A stretch of 64,000 nt of DNA, taken from assembly GCF_001194135.2 (NCBI RefSeq), contig NC_068982.1:86827420-86891419 (forward strand), read 5' to 3'. Positions 1 through 13,029 of the stretch are shown here, piece after piece. Every line of letters begins with the position of its first letter. The first letter of the stretch is position 1. The DNA is from Octopus bimaculoides. Its lineage: Eukaryota. The position numbers and the translations under genes are program-made. Under the pieces are notes generated by a model. It saw only the letters and a list, made by a program, of their open reading frames with translations, made no database searches and had not been told where the DNA came from.

Positions 1-214
1 ATTCAAAATGATTATTGTGTCATATAAAACATAAATCTTTCAGAAATTCGAATATTGATTCCCTAAGAATATTGTTAATAATTTTATTAATAATATAAAA
101 ATATATATTTATCTATTTGCTCATAGTAATAGAGCACTTAATATAAGTTCAATAAAATATTCCTTTTGAATATTCATTATAAATTTTATATATATATGTG
201 TGTGTGTGTGTGTG

Positions 215-510
215 AAGGAGCTTACGATCGTGAGGTTGTGAGTTCAAATTCCCATGTTGTGTTCTTGAGCAAGACACTTTATTTCACATTGCTCCAGTTC
301 ACTCAGCTGTAAAATTGAGTTGGCTACGTCACTGGTGCCATGCTGTATTGGCCTTTGCCTCTCCCTTGGATAACATCGGTGGTGGTATGCATGGGCAACT
401 GCTGGTCTTCCATAAGCAACCTTACTTGGACTTGTGCCTTAGAGGGTAACTTTCTAGGTGCAATGCAATCCCTTAGTCATTTATGTCCAAAGGGGGTCAC
501 CCTCACCCTT
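215..510 (+). mobile_element. SINE, family A (tRNA-like head; 3' part ...gagggtaactttctaggtgcaat...)
   Basis: B-box-like GAGTTCAAATTCC near 241-252. Homologous copies at ~15640-15970 (-), ~20110-20280 (partial) and ~44060-44380. Confidence 0.7.
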
Positions 511-515
511 TATAT

Positions 516-577
<62 letters not shown>

Positions 578-618
578 ACACACACACACACATGTATATA
601 CATAAATACACACACACA

Positions 619-1005
619 AGAGTGACTGTGTGGTAAGAAGCTTGCTTTCCAATCACATGGTTCTAGGTTCAGTCCCAGTGTGTGGCACCTTGGGCAAGTC
701 TTCTACTATAGTCTCGAGCTGACCAAAGCCGTGTGAGTGGATTTGCTAGATGGATACTGAAAGAAGCCCATCATATACATAGTTACATGTGTATGTATTT
801 GTGTGTCTGTGTTTGTCCTCCCACCATCGCTTGACAACCAGTGTTGGTGTGTTTACGTCCCCGAAACTTAGCAGTTCGACAAAAGAACTGATAGAATAAG
901 TGCTAGGCTTACAAAGAATAAGTCCTGGGGTCTATTTGTTAGACTAAAGGTGCTGCTCCAGCATGGCCACAGTCAAATGACTGAAACAAGTAAAAGAGTG
1001 AAAGA
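619..1005 (+). mobile_element. SINE, family B (tRNA-like head gtggtaagaagcttgc...ggttcagtccc; tail ...actgaaacaagtaaaagag)
   Basis: Near-identical copies at 18543-18925 and ~56685-57030, plus many partial minus-strand copies. Internal (GT)n tract. Confidence 0.8.
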
Positions 1006-1041
<36 letters not shown>

Positions 1042-1071
1042 CTATTCAATATACACACATACACACACATA

Positions 1072-2080
1072 CAGAGTATGATAGATAAATTGTCACCATT
1101 CTGTACTTTTAATTTTGCGCATGCGCATTGTTTGACTTTGATTTTGTTGGCTGCACAGTATATTAGAGTTGGTCGTGCATTATCTGTGAGAAAAACAGCA
1201 CCATGGCACAGTTTTTTCTGCCAGAAATTTGCAAACAACATGCTGTACTGTTTGGCATTCATACCAGAAGCTCCAATATGAACATTTCTGAGTGTTTGGG
1301 TGTCGATCTGAAGATAGTGCAATTTGAGGACATGTATCGAGAGTGATAAAAATCAAACATCCAGTCAACGTCATAGTGTTTGGAGTGATCACTAGTGATG
1401 GTGACGTTATGCCTCCATTTACTTTCTCACATGGCCTACATCAAGTGCCTGGAGGAGGTAGTGCTGCCCTGGGTCAAGAGGGTGGCTGCTGGAAGACCCC
1501 AGCAACAGGATTCTGTACGATGCAACACAAGCAAAAGAACTCAGTCATGGCTGTCAGACAATTTCTTATTTCTTTACTGCCCACAAGGGGCTATACACAG
1601 AGGGGACAAACAAGGGCAGACAAACAGATTGAGTCAATTATGTCAACCCCAGTGCATAACTAGTACTTATTTAATTGACCCGGAAAGGAGGAAAGGCAAA
1701 GTCAACCTCGGCGGAATTTGAACTCAGAATGTAGTGGCAGACAAATACCGCTAAGCATTTCACCCGGCGTGCTAATATGTCTGCCAGCTCGCCTGTCAGA
1801 CAATTTCTGTGACCACATTATCCCTAACATCTGGTCATCTATCTCCCCACACTGCATCCCCCTTGATTATTATGTGTGGGTCACAGTTGAGCAACAGACC
1901 AATAAAACTCGTCATAACACCAAAGATGAACTGAAGGCAAAGATTATGGTAGCATTCACCAACTTAAACAGAAGAGTTGCAGAAGATTCCAAAGTCGTCT
2001 GGAGTTGAAGCCAATAGCAATTTCATTGAATAAATTTACTCTTTAGTATTTCAAGATAGTTTTATGTAATTTTGTTAAAT
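1072..2080 (+). mobile_element. Internally deleted Tc1/mariner-superfamily (maT/DD37D-like) transposon remnant running into a gap
   Basis: Starts TA|CAGAGT. Fragments KHPVNVIVFGVITSDGDVMPPF and IWSSISPHCIPLDYYVW resemble the WPxxSPDLNPLDY motif and the element at 3368-5869. Confidence 0.7.
1567..1794 (-). mobile_element. SINE, family C (head aggcgagctggcag...gagttcaaattccgccgagg) inserted into the transposon remnant
   Basis: Flanked by direct repeat ctgtcagacaatttct at 1551-1566 and 1793-1808 (TSD). Other copies at ~16228-16450, ~41395-41600 and ~32040-32190 (-). Confidence 0.8.
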
Positions 2081-2472
2081 NNNNNNNNNNNNNNNNNNNN
2101 NNNNNNNNNNNNNNNNNNNNNNNNNNNNNNNNNNNNNNNNNNNNNNNNNNNNNNNNNNNNNNNNNNNNNNNNNNNNNNNNNNNNNNNNNNNNNNNNNNNN
2201 NNNNNNNNNNNNNNNNNNNNNNNNNNNNNNNNNNNNNNNNNNNNNNNNNNNNNNNNNNNNNNNNNNNNNNNNNNNNNNNNNNNNNNNNNNNNNNNNNNNN
2301 NNNNNNNNNNNNNNNNNNNNNNNNNNNNNNNNNNNNNNNNNNNNNNNNNNNNNNNNNNNNNNNNNNNNNNNNNNNNNNNNNNNNNNNNNNNNNNNNNNNN
2401 NNNNNNNNNNNNNNNNNNNNNNNNNNNNNNNNNNNNNNNNNNNNNNNNNNNNNNNNNNNNNNNNNNNNNNNN

Positions 2473-2510
<38 letters not shown>

Positions 2511-2574
2511 GGCCTTATCTAACTTTAATATATATATATATATATAAAATCGTGCTTACCTAACTTTAATATAT

Positions 2575-3345
2575 ATGTGTAATGTTAGTGTGCATACACA
2601 ACAGAGTGTAAGCGTCCTGAGAGAAAAGTTGGACATAAGAAGCATCAGATGTGGTGTGCAAGAGAGATGACTGTACTGGTGTTATGTATGGATGAGGACA
2701 GTTGTGTGAAGAAGTGTCGTACTGTAACAGTGGAGGGAACCTGTGGAAGACGTAGAGCCAGGAAGACCTGGGATGATATGATGAAAGACAACCTTCGAAC
2801 ACTGGGCTTCACAGAGGCAATGACAAGTGACCAAGACCTTTGGAGATATGCTGTGCTTGAGAAGATCTGGCAAGTCAAGTGAGATCGTAGCCATGGCCTA
2901 TGCCAGTGTTGCATAACCGGCCCATTTAAGAATACCCTTCAATCGTTGGGCAATATGCTGTGCTTGAGAAGACCTATTGAGTTAAGTGAAATTGTTGTCG
3001 TGGCTGATGCCAGTATCACCTGACTGGCACCCGTACCTGTGGCATGTAAAAAGCACCATTTCAAGTGTGGTTGATGCCAGTGCTGCTGGACTGGCTCCCA
3101 TGCCAGTGGCATGTAAAAAGCACCATGCGAGCATGATTGATGCCAGTGCTACCTGACTGGCCCTTTTGCTGGTGGTACATAAACAGGACCCACTACACTC
3201 TCGGAGTGGTTGCATTAGGAAGGGCATCCAGCTGTAGAAACCTTGCCAGATTAGATTGGAGCCTGGTGCAGCCTCCTGGCTTGCTAGTTCTCAGTCAAAC
3301 CATCCAACCTATGCCAGCATGGAAAGCAGACGTTAAACAATGATG
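2575..3345 (+). mobile_element. RTE-clade LINE 3' fragment (RT C-terminus plus 3'UTR with GAT tail)
   Basis: DEDSCVKKCRTVTVEGTCGRRRARKTWDD, the same motif as the 46010-47518 copy. Ends in gatgatgac. Confidence 0.8.
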
Positions 3346-3367
3346 ACGATATATATACATATATATA

Positions 3368-5869
3368 CAGGGTGTGTAAGGTATTTGAGGATATACATTT
3401 TTGGGTCATTGCTGCATTTTTCCCTAACTGTGTATAATCTTTGTTTCAGAAAATAATAATGGCAGACTCTAAGCTTTCTCAAGAAAAGAAGAGACATGCT
3501 GTTACTGTGGTTATAAAGGCTGATCATAGCAATTTAGAAATATCTCGATTTTTAAAAGTTGCCAGATCTTTCATCTGCAAAGTTTTTAAGGAGCTAGAGA
3601 CTGAAGATAGAAATGTATCACCAGTATCAAAGCGTAGAAAGCATTCTAAATGCTCTGAAATCATCAGAACACCTGAATTTATCCAGCAAGTTCAACAGAC
3701 CATTGATTACAATCCCAGAAAGTTCATGAGGTCAGTTGCAAAAGATATCCATTTGTCAGAAGGAATAGTCAGAAATGTTGTCCATGAAGACATCAGTTAT
3801 AAGTCTTATATGATGAGGAAAGATCTGTCTGAAAAAGCAAAAGAAAATCACTATATCAGATCTAAAAGGCTCTTAAACAAGCTGAAAAATCCAGCAGAAG
3901 ATTTGATTTGGTTTTTCTCAAATGAGAAAAACTTTAACCAAGATCATCAAAAAGTTAACAGAAGAAATGACAGGTGGTTATGTGCAGACCTTTCTGAAGT
4001 TGCAGGTGTTATGCATACAAAATTTCTTGCAACTGTCATGGTTTTAGGCGTTGTCAGCAATGAAGGACGTGTGATGCCTCCTTACTTCTTTCCATAAGGC
4101 CTTAGAATTAACTCTGCCACCTACATTGAGGTCTTGGAAATAATTGTTAAGCCATGGATAGACAGTGTATGCAATGGAAGGTCATATTTGTTTCAGTAAG
4201 ACTCTGCACTAGTAACACAGGAGTGGATGGGTGAAAATTTTCATGATCACACAACCCCTAACAGTTGGCCTCCTAATTCCGCAGATCTCAATCCATTGGA
4301 CTATTACATGTGGAGTGTGTTAAGAGAGAGGTCAATGAACATGCCCATAACACCAAAGATTCTTTGAAAGCTGCCATAGTCATAATAATGTCCAAAACGA
4401 ACCAGGATCACTTGATTCGAGCATGTAGATGATTTAGAGATCTCATATATTAGGTTGTTCTGAAAATAATGGCTGCTCTAAGTGTTGCATTTTGAAACGC
4501 AATTTTATCATAGTATTTTAATTATATGTTAGGTGAATTTCGACATACTTAATAACTGATGTATGCTCTTTAATAATTTTCTACTTATTTTAAACTGAAA
4601 ACATTCTTGAAGCATAGGTGAACATGACAAAAAAAGACTTTTGCTTACTTTTCTTGCATGAGTTCAAGCTTGGGCACAATACCTCCCAAACTGCTGCCAA
4701 TATCAACAGAGCATAGGGAGAGGGGTCCACAAGTGACTGCACAGTGCAAAGGTGGTTTCAGAAATTCCATAGTGGTGATGAGAGCTTTGAAGATGAAGAA
4801 AATGGAGGACGGTCATGCATCTTGACAATGAACAATTGAAAGTAATTGTTGAACAAAACCCACATCAAAGTGTCAGAGAAATGTCTCAGGCATTTGGTGT
4901 TGGTATTGCAATAGTCTCATGCAATCTGCAGAAGATTGGTAAGATGAAAAAGCTCGATAAATGGGTACCGCATGAGCTCAATGAAAAATCAAAAAGTTCG
5001 GCGTTTTGAAGTGTGCTTGATTCTCTTTTTGCAAAACACCAATGCTCCTTTTTTTGACTAAGTAGTCACTTGTGACGAAAAGTGGATCCTTTATGATAAC
5101 CGTAAATGATCAGGTCAATGGCTTGATCATGATGAGTCTCTCAAACATTTCCCAAAGTCAAAGTTGCATCAGCAAAAGATTATGGTAACTGTCTGGGGGT
5201 GTGCATTTGGTGTTGTCCATTACAGCTTTCTGGAAGCCAATCAGAGCATTACAGCAGGGATTTACTGCAATCAACTCACTGAAATGCTCATTTGCAAAAA
5301 ATGAGACCTGCATTGGTGAATCAGTGTGGACCAATTCTGCTCCATGATAATGCAAAGCTACATGTTGCAAGAATGACACTGCAGAAACTCACAAACTTGG
5401 GATGCGAGACTTTTACCACATCCTCCATATTCTCCTGATTCCACTGACTGCCATTTTTAAAGCATTTAAACACATTTTTAAGTGATAAAACTTTCAGGTC
5501 CAAACCAGAGGTGGAATCAGCTTTCAAAGATTTCTTAGCATCAAAGCCAATAAGTTTTCAGCATAAATAATCTCATTGATTTATGGCAGAGATGCATAGA
5601 TGTTGGTGGTTCATACTTTGACTTATCAAAACATTTTTATTGTTAATTTTTTCCAGAATAAAATTGTTTCTGAAATCGGCCATTATGTTTGGAACAACCT
5701 AATAGAAGCAGTTGTTGAAGCTGAAAGTAGTTTTATTGACTAACAATATAGAAAAGAAGCTTTATTTTTACCCTCATAGCATTTTTTGATAAATAAAGTT
5801 ATTATCTGTTATTATATATCTGCTATTTTTATAAACATAAATCTGTCCTCCAATATCTTATGCAGCCTG
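3368..5869 (+). mobile_element. maT/DD37D-like Tc1/mariner transposon (~1.25 kb, decayed) interrupted by a mariner
   Basis: Imperfect TIRs CAGGGTGTGTAAGGTATTTGAGGA / CAGGCTGCATAAGATATTGGAGGA with TA flanks. ORF 3441-4097 has IWFFSNEKNF and VMVLGVVSNEGRVMPP; WPPNSADLNPLDYY at ~4265-4310. C-terminus resumes after 5704 (EAVVEAESSFID*). Confidence 0.88.
4450..5702 (+). mobile_element. Full-length decayed mariner (DD34D-type) transposon, 1253 bp
   Basis: TIRs TTAGGTTGTTC(TGAA/CAAAC)ATAATGGC with TA duplication at 4448-49 and 5703-04. Motifs WVPHEL, VTCDEKW, LLHDNA and HPPYSPD; stops and frameshifts present. Confidence 0.92.
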
Positions 5870-5875
5870 TATATG

Positions 5876-5906
<31 letters not shown>

Positions 5907-5921
5907 ATATATATAGACACA

Positions 5922-5958
<37 letters not shown>

Positions 5959-5959
5959 G

Positions 5960-6265
5960 GTTACCATGCCAAGTCTTATTCAGTGAGCTCACTACAGGGT
6001 TACCCTCTTTGAAGACACAAGGACCAACTCAAAGCAACACTCAAAGCCTCAAGACCATACCAACTGGTGGTGTTCCTTACCATTGAAACCAAAAACTTTG
6101 AAGCCACCAGAAGAAAAAAAGGAAGAAATCAAATGACAGGAGAGAAAGGCTTGACAGAATCAAACATCTCCTCCACCAACATTGCCATGCAGTCAATGCC
6201 ATCGACTCTTCTATGCAAAAATTGGTCTACAGAGTCATCAGTGGCATCACCATTGGAAAGTATTA
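5960..6265 (+). mobile_element. RTE-type LINE C-terminal fragment
   Basis: One frame reads PPTLPCSQCHRLFYAKIGLQSHQWH, the C-terminal C2H2-like motif typical of RTE ORFs. Confidence 0.6.
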
Positions 6266-6505
6266 GTTATGATAGAAGCTCTCAAATTGCAACTTTTTTA
6301 AATCAGTTTTATCATTATCACATCAGTGAACTGCACATATTGGACTGCCAGTAGAATATATCTTTTTCCTCTTATAGAGTAATTGTTGTACACTCTACTC
6401 TGTACCTCCCCTCTTTTTTTGTTTAATCGTTTCACTTAATGTTTTAATTCAATTCTACTAACACATTGAACTTTAACAAAAGTTATCCATTTTTTTCTTT
6501 GTTAG

Positions 6506-6574
6506 TTTGTGAGGAAGAAATCAACCTGGATGATGGAATCATGTCACTGTTTCCTTCAGTGAACTTGGATACAG
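6506..6574 (+). other. Candidate orphan 69-nt exon (xVCEEEINLDDGIMSLFPSVNLDTG)
   Basis: Polypyrimidine tract plus ttag acceptor, AG|gtaaga donor, symmetric phase 1-1 and an open frame. No family recognised. Confidence 0.3.
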
Positions 6575-7469
6575 GTAAGAATTACTGCTACACATCCTGT
6601 AAATCATTTCAAATATTGAATTTTCTTAGATGTTTTGTCTACACTTCACTTTTAAGACTTTCTCTTTTGTCGTGCACTATCATTCAATAATAATGCATGA
6701 GTTTATATTTCATTTTTTATTTTCATCCAAATGATATTCATTCTAAAACTGAGATAGAGAATATTTGTTCTGGTTTTACCTGACAAATATAAATTATACA
6801 CTGTATTTTATAAAACTGTTGTTTTTTAAATAACAGCTTTATTGTTGATCAAGAAGACCTATGAACCTAGTTCAAACATGACCATTCCAACTTTTTTCAA
6901 GCATAGTATATCATGGACAACATTATCCAATGTGTCCTATTTTTAAAACAGTAGGGTGTGATTTGAAAGAAATTTGACTGTTATTTCTGACAGGTTGAGC
7001 AACAACCAAGAAGCTTCCTTGCTAAAGGTTAAGTCCAGAAAGTACATTGGGTAAGTGAGTAATTTGAAATTAAACAACTTTTAAAGCGTAGTTTACTGCA
7101 ATTTTTATTATGCTAAGTATATCACTTGTTAAATAGTAAGAGAAGTGTTTATTAAAAGAATATATTTGGTGTTAGATAAAGATAAATAAGATTTAAAAGA
7201 AAAAAACATGTTATCTGAAGAGATGTTTACAGAGGAAGGAAGACTATTGGATTCAAACCACAAATTTAACTTGAAATGAAAACTAGTAAAAGAATGTAAA
7301 TACCATTTTGCTTTTGTTGCTTAAAATAAAGTTCAATCATATTATATTTTGGTGATAGAGTGATGTACAGACAGTTAGAAATATTATTGGTATCAATCTA
7401 TTACAGTTTGTGTGACACAATGTAGTAAAGTAGATACAAAAGAGAGTTTATAAAACACAGACACACACA

Positions 7470-7517
<48 letters not shown>

Positions 7518-7538
7518 ATATATATATAGATAGATAGA

Positions 7539-7752
7539 TAGGAATTTAAATATTATGGCCAGTCATATAGTGACCATTGGTTTTGCACCCATAAAACGCT
7601 TAGCAGTATAGGCAACTTGTTAGACTCAAATGGCCAAAGAGGTTAAGCCCTTTCAGCACATTTGAGTCTGATGAGTTGCCTGTACTGCTAAGCACTTTAT
7701 TGGTGTGAAACCAATGGTCACTATATGACTGGCCTTAACATTTAAATTCCTA
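7539..7752. repeat. Fold-back inverted repeat 1 (94-nt arms, 26-nt loop) made of a PLE 3' terminus
   Basis: Arms 7539-7632 and 7659-7752 are reverse complements with scattered mismatches. The right arm plus 7753-7815 is homologous to 24740-24900. Confidence 0.9.
7659..7728 (+). ncRNA. Type-I hammerhead ribozyme motif (decayed), PLE family 1
   Basis: CTGATGAG 7668-75, GAAA 7707-10, minimal stem III ACC-AAT-GGT, GTC triplet 7717-19, short stem I agt/act. Confidence 0.6.
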
Positions 7753-7824
7753 AAAACATATAACTGCTCTAATTCTTTACAGTGCGCTTTTTTTGGATAT
7801 ATGAACTATTGACGATATATATAT

Positions 7825-8203
<379 letters not shown>

Positions 8204-8269
8204 TTTTATTTCAGCACACAATCTCAGATTAAGTCACTTGCTATGCAAGTACACCTCCATAAATATATA

Positions 8270-8630
8270 TATGCAGAGGACATTAAAAAGATTGGAAAGA
8301 TATTAAGTGAGTATGCTGCATGGGATGTGCAATGTAATTGTGCAAGAATAACATACTACAAATGTGCTGAGAGAAAAGCTGGGCGTAAGAGATGTAATGT
8401 AAAAGAAAAAAGACTGTGTTGGTAAGGACATGTAATGCATATGGATGAGGACAGTTGTGTAAAGTAGTACTGATCACTCGATGTGCATGGAGCCTGTGGA
8501 CAAAGAAGACTCGGGAAGACATAGGATGAAGTAGTGAAGGCTGACCTCAGGACACTGAGCCACAAAGACGAAATGACAAAGGACCAGGATGTCTGGCAAT
8601 GCAAGATTCTTGAGAAGACCTGCCCATCGT
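8270..8630 (+). mobile_element. RTE LINE 3' fragment
   Basis: Homologous to 2575-2900 (HMDEDSCVK...GACGQRRLGKT). Confidence 0.75.
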
Positions 8631-8901
8631 GGTGAAACTGACTTCTGGAAGCATTGCATGGGTATATATTATATATATGTGTGTGTGTGTATATTTTTAC
8701 CTTTATCTTTTACTCACTTCAGTCATTAGACTGGCCATACTGAGGCACTGCCTTGAAGAATTTTTAGTCAAACGAATTGGGCCCAGTACTTTTTTTAAAG
8801 CCTGGTACTTATTCTATCATTCTCTTTTGCCAGGCTGCCAAACAAACTGTAAACAAATCAACAACCGTTGTCAAGCAATGTTGGGACACAAACACAGACA
8901 C

Positions 8902-8938
<37 letters not shown>

Positions 8939-9328
8939 ACACACACACATGCATGAACACAATACATGCATGCATGCACATACACATGCATGCACACACA
9001 TACACATGCATGCATGCACACACATACATACACATGCATGCACACACACACATACACACACAAAATGGTCATACTAAGAAAATCTTCAAAGCTCAGCAGC
9101 TCAGATATACAAGCCAGTAGTAGTTTATATAGATAATTCAGATTGTCACAACAGCTAGTCTCCAGAGAGGCAGAGCTGTAGAGTCTTATCCTAGCCTCAA
9201 GGTGTAACAACAACACCAACACACACACACAAACACATTATATGTGCTGACAGGTGAGGGTTAGCAAAATTGGTTTCAATGAATTGCATCTGGTCATTGT
9301 AAGTAAGATGATAATAATGAGAATGATA

Positions 9329-9362
<34 letters not shown>

Positions 9363-9789
9363 GGGGGGGAGAGTGAGAGGGGAAGGGAGGGAGATAGAGG
9401 GGTAGGGAGGGAGGGAGAGAGAGAGATAATCAAAACTTAAGGAAATTGCATAATCTGACTAAAGAGGTTAATGATAAATTNNNNNNNNNNNNNNNNNNNN
9501 NNNNNNNNNNNNNNNNNNNNNNNNNNNNNNNNNNNNNNNNNNNNNNNNNNNNNNNNNNNNNNNNNNNNNNNNNNNNNNNNNNNNNNNNNNNNNNNNNNNN
9601 NNNNNNNNNNNNNNNNNNNNNNNNNNNNNNNNNNNNNNNNNNNNNNNNNNNNNNNNNNNNNNNNNNNNNNNNNNNNNNNNNNNNNNNNNNNNNNNNNNNN
9701 NNNNNNNNNNNNNNNNNNNNNNNNNNNNNNNNNNNNNNNNNNNNNNNNNNNNNNNNNNNNNNNNNNNNNNNNNNNNNNNATCTTTTTTA

Positions 9790-10140
9790 GAATCTCCCCT
9801 TCTTAAAATCAGTCTCTCCTATCTTCTCCCTTTTTGAGAACTGAACTCCACTCCAAGTTTTAATATCTCTTACATTTAGGGTTCAATTCCAGTGTTCTGT
9901 TCTTTTCCATTTTCTTGTGTTAGAACGTGTAGTTTCAAATTGTTTTGGTGTTGGTATCTCAAATGGGTCATACAATACTTCCATCGGGATTTCATTTCTT
10001 GTGACTGTTTTTGCCATGAATTTTTGCTTAAGCTGGTTAATATGTCTTTTGCATTCGACATTTTTTCCTTTTACCAGGAATATCATTCTTCCAAATTGTT
10101 TAATTATTACGCTGTCCTCCCAGCTTCTGGGTGTCTAAAA
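9790..10140 (-). mobile_element. Gypsy-type LTR retrotransposon integrase C-terminal remnant
   Basis: Minus strand IIKQFGRMIFLVKGKNVECKRHINQLK resembles the GxxxYxV...RHxNQL motif. Purine tract ttttaagaaggggag lies just before the gap. Confidence 0.5.
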
Positions 10141-13029
10141 GTTGAAAGCATGACTTAACATGAATGTTACTTGATGCTCTGGAGTATCTGTAGAATCAGT
10201 CATAATCTCGAATTTTTAAGTTTGGTGTTTGGCTTACTTCAGGTTGGACTTGAGCTAGTCTTTGTACATCTTCTTTAAACTGGCATGAGCATGACTATCC
10301 TGCTTTACCTCTTCATAGAAAGGACTTGTCTATATAAATTATACAGCCTGTCTATCTGAACTAATCCTTTATGGTTTTCTTTTCATGTGTGTTCTTTCTA
10401 GTATGGTAGGCTGGAGATGTGGTTGCCTGTGAATTTACACATCCAGCCATAAATACCATGATAAAACAGACCTCGTTGATGCTGGTATCACTTACAAAGC
10501 ACCCAGTTCACTCTATAAGGTGGTTAGCATTAAAAATGGCATCCAGTCACAGAAACCATACCAAAACAGACAGTAAAGCCTGGTGCAGTTCTCTGGCTTG
10601 TCAGCTCTTGTCAAACTGTCCAACCCATGCTAGCATGGAAAACAAACATCAAATGATGATGATCATCATCATCGGCATCAATTGTGAAATTGCTCAAACC
10701 ATTGCAGATATCAGCAATATAACATCCCTGTCTTACAGCTACACAAAAGTGCAGAAAGCACAATAGTAGACTTTCAGTGGGGAGACAAAAGTCCTACTTC
10801 AGCAATTAGATGATGTCTTCCACACATCAAGCATGCACACATGCACAAAACTGACACGTGCATGTATCTCCATACATATTTTAATACAAATAGTTGTCCT
10901 TGAAAGATCAAAACCATACACATGCAAACGCTGTAAATGTATCACATGTCCTACTCAGACCAAAGAATGCTTAAATTTATGACAGAAAATTTTCGCCAGA
11001 TGTACTGATGCAGATAAACCCATTCTATCTTTATTTTGGGAGATCCCATTTTTACAGATGAGCATCACCACTCCCAGGCCCAGATGTTCATTCTTTCTTT
11101 CACTTCCATCTTCTTTTGCTTTCTTTTCCTCCTGTACTTGGCCACACATATAACTATATCTATCTCCAATAACAGCCCCTGTTTTGTCTACTGATGTGTA
11201 AACAGAAAATCATATACTCCATTAAAAGTACCTACATGAGTGTACAGGGGTGTATGGATGTATGCATATGGATAACAGTGTCTATCTTTGAGAAATTAAA
11301 TATTTTGTAAGTGATTGTGTGTGAGTGTGTGGACATATATAGACATGTGCATGTGTCTATGTATAATCATGTTGGTGTGTGTGCCTGTATTATATGTACA
11401 TGTATGTGAGTCAGTATGTAATTTCCGCTTCATATTCTGAAATTCCTACTTCATATATTTCAAATAGTATAAACTATCTGCCCGGAACATTACAAAAAAA
11501 AAAAAGAAAAGAAAATCTGAGAAACTCAGCCTAATGTACTTATTAACAGTCCAAGGGACTTAATCTAGCTTTTTGTAAACGTGAATTACTACCCCTCCCA
11601 CATTTTTACTTATCCTCCTAAATTCTACGCATCATGGCAAATTCTTGAAAATTACCGGCAACCATTGTTGTTTTTGATTTTCACTGCCTAATGAATGCTA
11701 ACAAGAAAACCAAGCTTCATTCATTCAAACCATAGTAAGTTTCTTTTACTGAATTTAAGGTTACTTTGCAGGTTTTGCTTCCAAGTTTGGACTTTCTTCT
11801 CTACAGATTTGGCTATGCAGATTAGGTTATCAGCTTACAGAAGTTTCTACAGATAACTGGTTTCAAACTCTTCTGTTACAGCCTGTAGAACTATAATGAG
11901 TTGGATGGGATTGAGTACTGAGTCCTGATGCACGCCTACTTGTACGTTAAATTTGTTATTAAACTCATTGCTAACTCTCACTTTGCTAACAGCACCTCTG
12001 TACATGATATGCACAGCCCGCACAAACTATTCCTTTGCCCTTAACTTCCCTAGTGACCACCAGATTGTAGAGCTTGGAAACTATCGGTTGACAAATGCCA
12101 TATTCCCTCTTCCTAGTACAAAGCCACATTGCTTTTCATCTGGACAAATCATTCTATTAGTCACTTGTACAATATTGTTTTTCTTAACTTTCATGACTTT
12201 ATCCAATAATTTAATGCCTCTGTAATATCATCTCTAGTGCAGCTCATTTGCCCTTGTAACTGCTGCTGTGCTATGCCAATTGTTAGGTATGATAATTTCC
12301 TGTATTACCGGACTCTGTATGCCCTGCTCTGCCTTACTTGACTTTGCTATAAAACTGCTGTCAATTAGAATGGCTTGTCTCTCTACAGAGTTATTTCTCT
12401 CATGCAAGTGAGTTCTGTTATGCTTCGATATTGCCATAGAATAGAGAACAACCTGTTGTGTTTGCAATGTCAAATCACTTTGACATTTCAGCAATCACTG
12501 AAACAATAACAACAAAGAAGTTATTCCATTTGAATTGTGTTTCAGGCTCAGCACTTCAAAAGATTTTCTCTGATATTTAACTTTGGTTTACCAGTATCCA
12601 CAAAGACAGTATGTCTTGCTCTTTTATTAACTTACCATTAGGTAGATAAGGCTAATTTTTGACTTCCTTAGTGATGAGAAATTGTATCATCCTTTATTTG
12701 CATCTTTATGTCATCGATATGACTGAAGATTCTTGATCTAAGAAGATCTATGTGTTAAATGATGAAAATTTATAAGTGAAATTGTGGTCGATGCTGGTGT
12801 CATGTAACTGGCACATAAAAAGCACCTTTCGAGCATTGGGCCTCATGGAGGGAAGGTGGCCAATGCCAGTGTCATATGAAAAGCACCTTTCGAGTGTTGG
12901 GCCTCATGTACTTGTTAGACATATTGACAGTATCTTCATAGATTTGTACAAAACAATCTTTCATATATATCCCAAATATTATTGTCACCATAATCATGCT
13001 CACTAATTCAACCTTCATCATCATCAACA

